A DNA stretch of 20,872 nucleotides. Source: Candidatus Aenigmatarchaeota archaeon. Lineage in GTDB: Archaea > Aenigmatarchaeota > Aenigmatarchaeia > CG10238-14 > SCSR01. The stretch lies in the NCBI GenBank assembly GCA_038999725.1, contig JAWBWS010000006.1, positions 1-20,872 on the forward strand. Reading direction: 5' to 3'. The number at the start of each line of letters is the position of its first letter. Position 1 is the first letter of the stretch. This document shows, piece by piece, positions 1 to 7,709 of the stretch. Both the position numbers and the translations under genes were made by a program. Under the pieces are notes generated by a model. That model had not been told where the DNA came from and made no database searches. It worked only from the letters and a program-made list of their open reading frames with translations.

Positions 1-472
1 AATACCTGCCGGCTAGATCTCTTATAGCTGCTTTTTCCAGCATAAGACTGGCTGATCCAGAAAGGCATATTTTAAGATTTGGAAAGTTGTCGTACAAAAG
101 TTTTATTTTAGCACTCCAAGCTTTTAGTTTTTGAATTTCATCAAAGAACACAAAACATTGCTCTTTTCGCCAGTCAACCTTAGTTAGCTTGGAATATTCT
201 TCTAGTATCTTTATAGGATCTTCAACCCCCTCGTCAAATGAAAAATAAAGGATGTTCTTAGGATTAACATTTCTTTTAAGAAGTTCTTCCACTAATTGAT
301 AAATGATAGTAGTCTTTCCTGTTCTTCGTAATCCATTCAAAAGGAGAATTTGTCTGTAATTGAAAAATGTCTTTTTCACACTCTCGAAGACCTTTCTCTT
401 GTACTCACGTGCTTTTTCCTTTGATATTCCACCACTTTCCCACCACTCGTTAAGAAGTTTTAAGATTTCCAT
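1..472 (-). CDS. AAA+ ATPase, COG1373/AAA_14 (DUF4143-associated) family; partial, runs off the window edge
   Basis: Not in the ORF track. Manual translation from ATG at 472: MEILKLLNEWW...ILLLNGLRRTGKTT (Walker A)...ILYFSFDE...FVFFDEIQK (Walker B)...LSGSAS...DLAGRY, the typical COG1373 motif series. Confidence 0.92.
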   Translation of the reverse strand, partial: MEILKLLNEWWESGGISKEKAREYKRKVFESVKKTFFNYRQILLLNGLRRTGKTTIIYQLVEELLKRNVNPKNILYFSFDEGVEDPIKILEEYSKLTKVDWRKEQCFVFFDEIQKLKAWSAKIKLLYDNFPNLKICLSGSASLMLEKAAIRDLAGRY

Positions 473-476
473 ATAA

Positions 477-530
477 GTTCTATATAAGAACTAATATTTA
501 AATTTTTCGTTCTAATTTGGAACTAATATT
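477..530. promoter_or_regulatory. BRE/TATA promoter of the ATPase gene flanked by two copies of a GTTC-N7-GAAC palindrome (putative operator)
   Basis: gttctatataagaactaatatt (477-498) and gttctaatttggaactaatatt (509-530) match at 18/22 with a 32-bp period. The minus strand between and across them reads GAAAAA-TTTAAATA (BRE-TATA) about 23 nt upstream of the ATG. Confidence 0.6.
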
Positions 531-566
531 GCATTTAAGCTGTTAAGTCATGTTCTTTAATTGCAA

Positions 567-1538
567 TCAAACTTCTAAGCTACATTCTTCTACAGCCTTA
601 TCTTCCCTTAACCTTTTAAAGCTCGGTGCTCTCAGCTTCAAATCTTCTGTTAGCTCTAAAAACTGAACTTCACAAACAAGTTTTGGTTTTACCCACTTAA
701 CTTTTTCAAGAATAGAAGGCTCTTCTTCAAAAATATCAAAAGGGTTTTTTTCAATCTCAATTTTTTTAAGTTGTTGAGTTAGCTCTTCCAAGCCTTTTTC
801 ATCCCATCCTGTGCCAACTCTTCCTATATATCTAAGCTTTCCTTCATGTATAGCTCCAAGCAGCAGAGCTCCAAAATATTTCTCGCGCTTACCTTCACCC
901 ACAGTGTAGCCACAAATTATTGCATCCAAGCTGTTTAAAGCTTTTATCTTCAACCAGTTCTTGCTCCTCTTCCCAATTTCATAGCTTGAGTCAATTCTTT
1001 TTGCCATCACACCTTCCAAGCCTTTAGCCTTAACTTCTTCAAAAAATTTTTCACCTTCGCCAATAACATAAGCTGAAATCAGAATTCTGCTACTCTCTTT
1101 AACAACTTTCTCCAAAATCTTCTTCCTTTCAATCAAAGGCAGCTCAACCAAATCTTTTCCATCCAAATGCAAAACATCAAAAACCACAAGCGTGGCAGGA
1201 TTAAGCTTAGACAAAATTTCAGCTCTAGCTTTGCTTCCAACATGCTCCCTTTCAGCCAAAAGATAAAAGTCTGGCTTTCCTTCTTTAAAAACAACAAGCT
1301 CACCATCAAGAATTGCTTGCTCTGCTTCCACATCTCTCCAAAGCTCTTTCATCTCTGGGTAGCGATCTTGAAACCATATGCTACGCCTGTTCAAAAACCT
1401 TACTTCTTTTTTCTGCTTGTCTATGTAAGCTATTGTCCTAGTGCCATCAAACTTTATCTCAAAGCAAAATTTCTCATCGCTAAAAGGCTTGGTAATTTCA
1501 GCGAGCATTGGTTTTATCGCTTTATTCCAAAGGCTCAT
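567..1538 (-). CDS. ligD: ATP-dependent DNA ligase, stand-alone LigD/LigC-type (NHEJ) ligase, NTase plus OB domains only
   Basis: Motifs I EIKFDG, III ILDGELV, IIIa VVFDVL, IV EGVMAK, V WLKIK, OB fold (YIGRVGTG) and VI LRAPSFKRLREDK. N-terminal IKPMLA is typical of LigD-Lig. No N-terminal DNA-binding domain. Directly downstream of Ku. Confidence 0.92.
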   Translation of the reverse strand: MSLWNKAIKPMLAEITKPFSDEKFCFEIKFDGTRTIAYIDKQKKEVRFLNRRSIWFQDRYPEMKELWRDVEAEQAILDGELVVFKEGKPDFYLLAEREHVGSKARAEILSKLNPATLVVFDVLHLDGKDLVELPLIERKKILEKVVKESSRILISAYVIGEGEKFFEEVKAKGLEGVMAKRIDSSYEIGKRSKNWLKIKALNSLDAIICGYTVGEGKREKYFGALLLGAIHEGKLRYIGRVGTGWDEKGLEELTQQLKKIEIEKNPFDIFEEEPSILEKVKWVKPKLVCEVQFLELTEDLKLRAPSFKRLREDKAVEECSLEV

Positions 1539-1642
1539 AATTAAATTTTATAATTTCTTCTTCTTAGTAATTCTTGGTAGAAATTCTTCGCAAAAAGCCA
1601 AAAAATTAGCAAACAGCTTGCCTTATAATGTAAAGTTGATTC

Positions 1643-1681
1643 GATCAAGAGAACTTTGAGATATTCCGTTCTCAATTGATC
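1643..1681. repeat. Imperfect inverted repeat (hairpin) directly downstream of the ku stop codon
   Basis: GATCAA-GAGAAC-(13 nt)-GTTCTC-aa-TTGATC gives 12 bp of pairing with a 2-nt bulge. Confidence 0.5.
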
Positions 1682-1687
1682 AGAAAT

Positions 1688-2491
1688 TTATTTCTCTTCA
1701 ACTTCAACTTTCTTTTTCTTTTTCGCTTGTTCAACGCTTGCTTTTAAAGCTTCCATAAGACTTTTAGCTTCCACTACCCTCTCTTCAGCTTTAACTTCAA
1801 TTTCTTTTCCCTCAGCCTTAGCTTTTATCAGCTCTTTCAGCTTTTCAGTATACTCATCTTTAAACTTGCTGGCATCAAACTCTTCTTCTGTAAGCTTGCT
1901 TATTAAAGCTTTTGCCAACTCAAGCTCTTCTTTGCTAACAACAACCAAATTCTTGAGCTCAGGCAACTCTTCTATCTCTTTAATTTCACGCAAGAAGTAA
2001 AGCAAGTGCATGACCAAACCTTTCTTGAAAGGCCTTAAGCAAACTAAGTATTCCTTATTCTTCAAAACCACTTTACCAATTGCAGCTTTGTTTGCAAGCC
2101 TTAGGGCTTCCACAAGCAGAGAATAAGGCTTTTCCCCTCCTTCTTCTGGCACAACATAATAAGCTTTTTGGAAGAAAATTGGGTCTATTTGTGAGACATC
2201 AACAAAGCTTTGAATCTCTAATGCTTTAGTGCTAGGTAATTTGAGCTTTTCTATTTCTTCTTTCTCAAGAATAACCCATCTTTCTTTTGAAATCTTAAAT
2301 CCCTTCTTTATTTCTTGCCATGCAATCTCTTTTTGGCAGTTTGGACACCATCGTTTGTATTCCAAGGGAGAAAGACATTCGGGACACAAATTGTGAAACT
2401 CTATTTCTTTTGCTTCTGTAGCAGTGTAAATTCTGATTGGGATGTAAACTAAACCAAAGGAAATTGCACCTCTGAAAATTGCCCTTGGCAT
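1688..2491 (-). CDS. ku: Ku protein (prokaryotic NHEJ DNA end-binding protein)
   Basis: MPRAIFRGAISFGLVYIPIRIYTAT N-terminus, FVDVSQIDPIFFQKAYYVVP, FKDEY, and C-terminal SLMEALKASV plus a basic tail are hallmarks of bacterial-type Ku. Confidence 0.96.
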   Translation of the reverse strand: MPRAIFRGAISFGLVYIPIRIYTATEAKEIEFHNLCPECLSPLEYKRWCPNCQKEIAWQEIKKGFKISKERWVILEKEEIEKLKLPSTKALEIQSFVDVSQIDPIFFQKAYYVVPEEGGEKPYSLLVEALRLANKAAIGKVVLKNKEYLVCLRPFKKGLVMHLLYFLREIKEIEELPELKNLVVVSKEELELAKALISKLTEEEFDASKFKDEYTEKLKELIKAKAEGKEIEVKAEERVVEAKSLMEALKASVEQAKKKKKVEVEEK

Positions 2492-2555
2492 TCATTTCCC
2501 CTTTAACCATCTAGATTGCTTCTTCTCTTCAATAATAATTTGAATTCAGAAATAG

Positions 2556-3119
2556 TTATCCTTTAGATTTATACTTCTCAAATTTTCTTATTTCTTCTTC
2601 AAAATAAAACTCTTGAAGTCTTGAAACATTGGAGCATTTCTTTCTCCTTGCAAATTTCTCAATTTCTTTTTTAACATCACGATAAACAGGAATCCATTTC
2701 TTACCAACTTCCTCAAAATTTTTCATAAAATACAAACAACAATCACCCAATCTCCCACCCTTCCACTCAATTCCTTCTGGGACGATTATACAAATGCTAT
2801 CCTCACCATACAAAGCTGCTGTTCGGAAATTCTTCTTCGCCACATAAAACTTATTATCAGGCATTTTGAAGCTACACATGTGTGTTGGCAGCTCATCTTT
2901 CAATAAATATCCAAATAACCATTTAGCATAATCTCTTGGAGTGGCATGAGATAGCACCTCACCCTCAAAATCTCTTAATTCCTGGATGCTAATATCTTTT
3001 TCTGATTTGTTGATAGGGTAAGCTCTATATACTTCTCTAACTTTCATCAATTCTTTTTTCAATTCTTCCTCCAACAACCTTTTCAATTCCGCACTATATC
3101 CACTAGTCTTCGAGCCCAT
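2556..3119 (-). CDS. Hypothetical protein (187 aa)
   Basis: ATG-initiated ORF with Lys/Glu-rich composition like neighbouring genes and a globular-looking core (ATPRDYAKWLFGY...PTH...LYG...ICIIVPEG). Family not recognised. Confidence 0.75.
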   Translation of the reverse strand: MGSKTSGYSAELKRLLEEELKKELMKVREVYRAYPINKSEKDISIQELRDFEGEVLSHATPRDYAKWLFGYLLKDELPTHMCSFKMPDNKFYVAKKNFRTAALYGEDSICIIVPEGIEWKGGRLGDCCLYFMKNFEEVGKKWIPVYRDVKKEIEKFARRKKCSNVSRLQEFYFEEEIRKFEKYKSKG

Positions 3120-3166
3120 TTATTACCATAAGTTTGAAAATTATAAAAAGTTTTATGTTCATAGGT

Positions 3167-4321
3167 CTATTTGGCTGTCACTATCTTGATTACATCATTA
3201 TTTTTCAACAAGTAATCCTTTCCAAGCCTCTTTTTACTTCTCACATCTATAGCACAAACAAACTTTTCCCCAATTTCTGTATGAATCTTGAAAGCAAGAT
3301 CCAAAGCAGTGGAACCTTTTGGCATAAGCAAGGCGTCTGGCAAAATGTTGCCATGTTTATCACAAAGCTTATTCTCATCTTCAACAGGATAAACAACAAT
3401 ATAGCCAAGTAAATCAAAAACAGCTTTGTTCAAACAATCTTGAACACCAGTAGACCCGTATTTTTTTATCAATTCTTGAATTTTTTCCAAAGCTTTCTTC
3501 TGCTTTTCTTCAAGCCTACTTTCATCAAGAATTTTGAACCCATTCCCAGGCAAGTAATCTATCAAGCCAGCTTGAGCAGCTTTCCTCAAAGCAATTTCAT
3601 AATCAGCAGAAGTTGGAACAAACATCAAATCCCTAAATTTCTCCTTTAGAACTTCAAAATTCCTTTGAGCTTCTGGCAAATCAATTTTATTGGCAGCTAT
3701 CAGCATTGGTTTTGAAATCTTTCTGATTTCCCTTGCAAATTTTTCCACATCACTTATCCAAACTTTTTCTAATGTGGCTTCTATGTGTTCTTTCCTTATC
3801 TCAAGCCCACTTAACTGCTCAGCAAGCATTTGTATCAATTCACTTCTGCTTTGAGCTTTCTCGATTTTTGGTAAAGCTCTTTTGATGACATCAGCAAACC
3901 ACAAGTCAATCTCTTCCCTTACAAATTCTACATCAAAGCTTGGATCATAACCTTGAGTTGGATTTCCTTCGGCATCTGTTAAACCAGAAGCATCAACAAT
4001 GTGAATGAAAGCAGAAGCTTGCCTCAAGTCATCGAGAAATTTATTTCCCAAACCTTTACCTTCATGAGCTCCAGGAATCAGACCAGCAACATCCACAAGC
4101 TTGATTGGAATAAATCTTTTCCCATTTTTACATATTCCATTCTTTGGATTGCACTTCACCCCAAACTCTTTGCAAACACAATCAGCTGTAACATATCCTA
4201 TGCCAAAATTTGGGTTTATCGTGACAAATTTCCTGTTGCTTATTTCAACATCAATTAGAGTCGCGGCTTTAAAAAAACTCGACTTACCAACATTTGTTTT
4301 CCCACAAATGCCTATTATCAT
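3167..4321 (-). CDS. ychF: YchF/Ola1 (Obg family) translation-associated NTPase, archaeal type
   Basis: G1 GKTNVGKSS, G2 FVTI, G3 DVAGL, KGLGNKFLDDLRQA, G4 NKID, Cys cluster, and C-terminal TGS domain (LAFKIHTEIG...NNDVIKIV). Confidence 0.95.
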   Translation of the reverse strand: MIIGICGKTNVGKSSFFKAATLIDVEISNRKFVTINPNFGIGYVTADCVCKEFGVKCNPKNGICKNGKRFIPIKLVDVAGLIPGAHEGKGLGNKFLDDLRQASAFIHIVDASGLTDAEGNPTQGYDPSFDVEFVREEIDLWFADVIKRALPKIEKAQSRSELIQMLAEQLSGLEIRKEHIEATLEKVWISDVEKFAREIRKISKPMLIAANKIDLPEAQRNFEVLKEKFRDLMFVPTSADYEIALRKAAQAGLIDYLPGNGFKILDESRLEEKQKKALEKIQELIKKYGSTGVQDCLNKAVFDLLGYIVVYPVEDENKLCDKHGNILPDALLMPKGSTALDLAFKIHTEIGEKFVCAIDVRSKKRLGKDYLLKNNDVIKIVTAK

Positions 4322-4344
4322 AATTTTATATTGAAAAGATAGAA

Positions 4345-4557
4345 TTAACTCTTTGCTATCTTATAAATTTCCTCTACCATTCTTTCTATGTTTTTTATTC
4401 TTTCATTCATTGCTTCAATTTGTGCCGAAATCAACTCAATTTTTTCTTCCACAGAAAGCTTTCTAACTTCAATTTTTGGTTCTGCTTTTGGCTCTAGAGG
4501 CTGGGGTTGAATTGTGGGTAACGAAGGGTTTTCCTTCTTCTTGAACCACTTAAACAT
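4345..4557 (-). CDS. Small protein (70 aa): basic/aromatic N-terminus, Pro-rich linker, C-terminal coiled coil
   Basis: ATG at 4557 overlaps the stop of the upstream gene and follows GGAGG (the ORF track uses TTG at 4563). Heptad pattern in KIELISAQIEAMNERIKNIERMVEEIYK. Confidence 0.8.
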   Translation of the reverse strand: MFKWFKKKENPSLPTIQPQPLEPKAEPKIEVRKLSVEEKIELISAQIEAMNERIKNIERMVEEIYKIAKS

Positions 4558-5065
4558 AAACAACCTCCGGCATTCCAGCCCATTCCCTTATTTCTCTCAC
4601 AAGCTCTTCTATCCTTCTTTGAGCATCTTTTAAATATTTTCTTCTCAAGTTGGCATAAAAGAATTTTATATAAAACCAAAGTAAGCCCCTGTAGAAAGGA
4701 GTTTGCTGAAAGCCTGTTTCAAGCTCAAATTTTGTCCTTAAATTTCCACCTATTGTTATCTTCACATTTCCTTCTTTTGTTGGGTCAGAAGGCTGAACAC
4801 CTTGGAATAAAATTTCAAACCAGGCTTCAGTGTATTTGTCATAATCCTTATGAATGAAAAGTCTTATGAAGAAGGGATGGGGATCGCTATCAGCACTCCA
4901 CCTGAAATCTCTTTCCATGAAATCGGTGCCCCCAATTTCAAACCTTGATTGGAAAAAATTACTATCCATTTTCTTGTAAAGTTGAAATGGATTTGGACCT
5001 TTGTAATTTATCTCGATTTTGTCTCTTGGTGCAAGAATGCTATCTTCAACAATCCAGCTTGGCAT
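4550..5065 (-). CDS. Hypothetical alpha/beta protein (171 aa), paralog of 5074-5607
   Basis: Shares YKGPNPxxLYKK, ERxFxW, KDxDxx, EGxxKI...LRT and YxxxRxxYL blocks with the upstream gene. 8-bp spacer from it. Confidence 0.88.
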   Translation of the reverse strand: MPSWIVEDSILAPRDKIEINYKGPNPFQLYKKMDSNFFQSRFEIGGTDFMERDFRWSADSDPHPFFIRLFIHKDYDKYTEAWFEILFQGVQPSDPTKEGNVKITIGGNLRTKFELETGFQQTPFYRGLLWFYIKFFYANLRRKYLKDAQRRIEELVREIREWAGMPEVVYV

Positions 5066-5073
5066 GATTTACA

Positions 5074-5607
5074 CTAATAACTTTTTGGTAAAGTATTAAG
5101 AAAAGATTTTATCTCTTCTGCAAATCTTTCTGAAAGCTCTCTACATTCTTGCAAATACCTTTGTCTCATACTCTGGTAAATTGCCTTGTGCCACAGCATT
5201 CTAAACATCTCATAAATTAGGCTCCTCTGCCATATTGTGTCTTGTGGATATTCGGTTCTCAAACAAACGTCCAGCTCAATTTTAGCACTACCCTCTCTTC
5301 CGAATTCCCTGCTGTGCTTTGCTTCTCCACTCAAGTTTATCCTTATGAAGAAAAAGCTGAAAGTGTCCAAATCTTTCACAACCTCGAATCTAACCTTAAA
5401 CTTCTCGGCGGCAGCACTTCTATCCCAACTGAATTCTCTTTCTTGAACATCTCCAGGATCAACCTTCCAAATGGTTACAAGCAATTCCCTAATTTTCTTG
5501 TAAAGCTCTTGTGGGTTTGGGCCTTTATATTCTATTGTGGCAAAGGAGGCTTGAGGAGTCAAGCAATCATCATGAATCACAAGTTTAGTTCTAGCAAATA
5601 CAGGCAT
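5074..5607 (-). CDS. Hypothetical alpha/beta protein (177 aa), paralog of 4550-5065
   Basis: ATG start preceded by GTGGTTGG. Collinear similarity to the downstream ORF along its whole length. Confidence 0.88.
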   Translation of the reverse strand: MPVFARTKLVIHDDCLTPQASFATIEYKGPNPQELYKKIRELLVTIWKVDPGDVQEREFSWDRSAAAEKFKVRFEVVKDLDTFSFFFIRINLSGEAKHSREFGREGSAKIELDVCLRTEYPQDTIWQRSLIYEMFRMLWHKAIYQSMRQRYLQECRELSERFAEEIKSFLNTLPKSY

Positions 5608-5675
5608 CCAACCACAATAATTTATTGAGTAAGAGAAAATAAAAAGATTAAAAGTTTTTCTACAAAAAAATAAAC

Positions 5676-5819
5676 ATGAAAGCTTTTGGTGCCATACTAA
5701 TTTTCCTTGGTTTACTCTTCACTTTCAATTGTGGTAGGGTTGAAAACTACAGTTCCTTCCTGCTGCAACTCTTGCTTGGCCCAACTTTTATAGGTTTGGG
5801 GTTGCAATTAATTAAATAG
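5676..5819 (+). CDS. Small membrane protein (47 aa, two hydrophobic segments)
   Basis: Manual translation MKAFGAILIFLGLLFTFNCGRVENYSSFLLQLLLGPTFIGLGLQLIK*. Below the ORF-track cutoff. Stop abuts the next ATG (TAGATG). Confidence 0.7.
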   Translation: MKAFGAILIFLGLLFTFNCGRVENYSSFLLQLLLGPTFIGLGLQLIK

Positions 5820-5981
5820 ATGTTGAACAAAATTTTAGGTGCGATTTGTTTTCTTGGTGGCATTTTAATGCTAATCTTCTTCCCAGATATTCAAGATTAT
5901 CAACCAGAAAAAATGGGATTTACAGGGATTGTCATAGCTTTTGGTCTGATAGTTTTTGGACTCTATCTCTTGAAAACTTAA
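5820..5981 (+). CDS. Small membrane protein (53 aa, two hydrophobic segments)
   Basis: Manual translation MLNKILGAICFLGGILMLIFFPDIQDYQPEKMGFTGIVIAFGLIVFGLYLLKT*. Clear TM-loop-TM pattern. Fills the gap to the 564-aa gene. Confidence 0.78.
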   Translation: MLNKILGAICFLGGILMLIFFPDIQDYQPEKMGFTGIVIAFGLIVFGLYLLKT

Positions 5982-6006
5982 TACAAAAGAAAAAATAATT
6001 TAAATT

Positions 6007-7701
6007 ATGGTAAAATACCCAGAGAAGGATATTCCTCCTGGCTTTGGGCTTAACGTTCAACCAAAAGACTGTAACATTTACTTGGATTTTGATTCAAATC
6101 TTGGGAGAGGCTCAGGGGTTTATTTATCCTTGATTTTTCAACTCCCAAAATGGGGATTTGAGAGGGTAAAGGTGGATGAAAAAATTGTGGTTACCCCAGT
6201 TTTCCAACAGTATTACCAGCTAACAATCAAACAAAAGGAAGAACTAGAAGCCATGATAAAAGCTAGCATGGCAAGCATAGCCACAGCTCTTTCCGATTTA
6301 GAGCTTCTCAAACATGACTTAAGAAAATACAAGGAATTCATGGATTATTACAAGATGATAGAAGTTGGAAAAAAAACAAAAAACGATAAGCTTAGGCTTC
6401 AAGGTGAACAATCACTCAAAGCAATTTTTATTGATCAGGTAGATGCTCACACAGATTTGCCAAATCAACCAATAGCTTTAAGGTCGATAGCTTCAAGGTG
6501 GCCAACCATAATTGCCGACTTCATGAAGCTTGAAGATGATGATATAGAGCCAAAGAAGATAGCAGAAAAGTATAAAGTATCAGAAGCAGAAGCTGTAATC
6601 CTATCAACAAAAAACAAGCTCTACAAAGAATGGAGAGATGAACTCTTCAAAAGAGCTGTGGAAGAAAGGTTCAGGAGTTTGCTCAGCATGGTAAAAGCAA
6701 GGGAGAAATCTTACGAAGAATACAAGGAAATGGTGAAACCAACTTTGAGAAGATATAAATCAATAGTTGATGGTTTGAGCAGTCCAGGCCTAGCCAAATC
6801 TTTGGAGCAAGCTGCTTTCTGGAGGCCAGGCTCTCAAGCCATGTCTTTGGATATGGCAACAATCTGGGCTTGGAAACCTTTTGCTGCCCCAGAAAAGTAT
6901 AAGGCGGTAAGGGAAACTCCTCTTGATGAAATTCCGCCTGAAAAAGCGGGCTTCACCCCAGAAGAAGCAAATTTGTTGAGGGGGAAAGGTTTGATTAAAG
7001 ATACGATAAAAGCTTTGCCGGTTGAACCTTCTATAGATGAAATTGTGAGGAAAGTAATCAAAGATATAGAGAAAGAATACAATGTGAAAATCACTGCTGT
7101 GGAAATCTTCAAAGCAAGACAAAGACTTGTTGAGAGATTTGAAAAATCTGTTACCGGTGTCACAGATTATGAAGCCTGGATTTTCAGTCCATACTTCATG
7201 TTCTTTGAAATTCCTGTGAACAGGGCAGTCATAAGGCTACCAAATGGGGTCGAAATAGAAGACTTGATGTTCGATAGGCTTACAGCCTACTTGATAACTC
7301 AAAATTTGATGATAGCAAGATTGATAGAACTTGAAGCGAAAGACAAAGCACTTGAAAATTATATCAAAGAATTTCTAGGTGAAGCTGGGAAATCTGCTAG
7401 TGGTGAAGTGGTTGAAATAGACAAACTTGCGGAAGAATATTTGATAAAATTGGAAGAGGGAGGGAAGAAAGAGGAGAAAAAAGAGAAAAAGGAAAGTCCT
7501 TTCAAGGGGATTGGTGAAGCTTTTGAAAAATTCTTCAAATTCTTTGGCTTGGAGTTAAGTTTCTTCAGAGCCAAAGTTCCTTACCAATTTCCTTATGAGT
7601 TTGCTTTCAAAGAAAGAATAACAAAGTATTATTTGAGGGAAATTGGAGCAACTTGGGGAATGATAGTTAATTTCATCAAATCATCTTTTGGTGTACCTTA
7701 G
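6007..7701 (+). CDS. Hypothetical protein (564 aa), largely helical with coiled-coil segments and a C-terminal amphipathic helix
   Basis: Long ORF. Heptad-like region QKEELEAMIKASMASIATALSDLELLKHDLRKYKE, charged linker KKEEKKEKKE, then PFKGIGEAFEKFFKFFGL. No catalytic motif recognised. Confidence 0.9.
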   Translation: MVKYPEKDIPPGFGLNVQPKDCNIYLDFDSNLGRGSGVYLSLIFQLPKWGFERVKVDEKIVVTPVFQQYYQLTIKQKEELEAMIKASMASIATALSDLELLKHDLRKYKEFMDYYKMIEVGKKTKNDKLRLQGEQSLKAIFIDQVDAHTDLPNQPIALRSIASRWPTIIADFMKLEDDDIEPKKIAEKYKVSEAEAVILSTKNKLYKEWRDELFKRAVEERFRSLLSMVKAREKSYEEYKEMVKPTLRRYKSIVDGLSSPGLAKSLEQAAFWRPGSQAMSLDMATIWAWKPFAAPEKYKAVRETPLDEIPPEKAGFTPEEANLLRGKGLIKDTIKALPVEPSIDEIVRKVIKDIEKEYNVKITAVEIFKARQRLVERFEKSVTGVTDYEAWIFSPYFMFFEIPVNRAVIRLPNGVEIEDLMFDRLTAYLITQNLMIARLIELEAKDKALENYIKEFLGEAGKSASGEVVEIDKLAEEYLIKLEEGGKKEEKKEKKESPFKGIGEAFEKFFKFFGLELSFFRAKVPYQFPYEFAFKERITKYYLREIGATWGMIVNFIKSSFGVP

Positions 7702-7709
7702 GTGATTGA

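Noticed and set aside
477..530. Two 22-nt direct repeats as a mini CRISPR array
   Set aside because: Only two copies with 10 nt between them, no cas genes, and they sit in a promoter.
1548..1622. Minus-strand peptide GKLFANFLAFCEEFLPRITKKKKL*, reminiscent of a glutamine amidotransferase C-terminus
   Set aside because: Only 24 codons, no start and no HPE motif. Too short to call a pseudogene.
2492..2555. Short open frame ending TGA-ATG at the ku start (possible remnant of a coupled upstream gene)
   Set aside because: About 15 codons with no recognisable homology. Equally explained by an SD-like AAGGGGA element.
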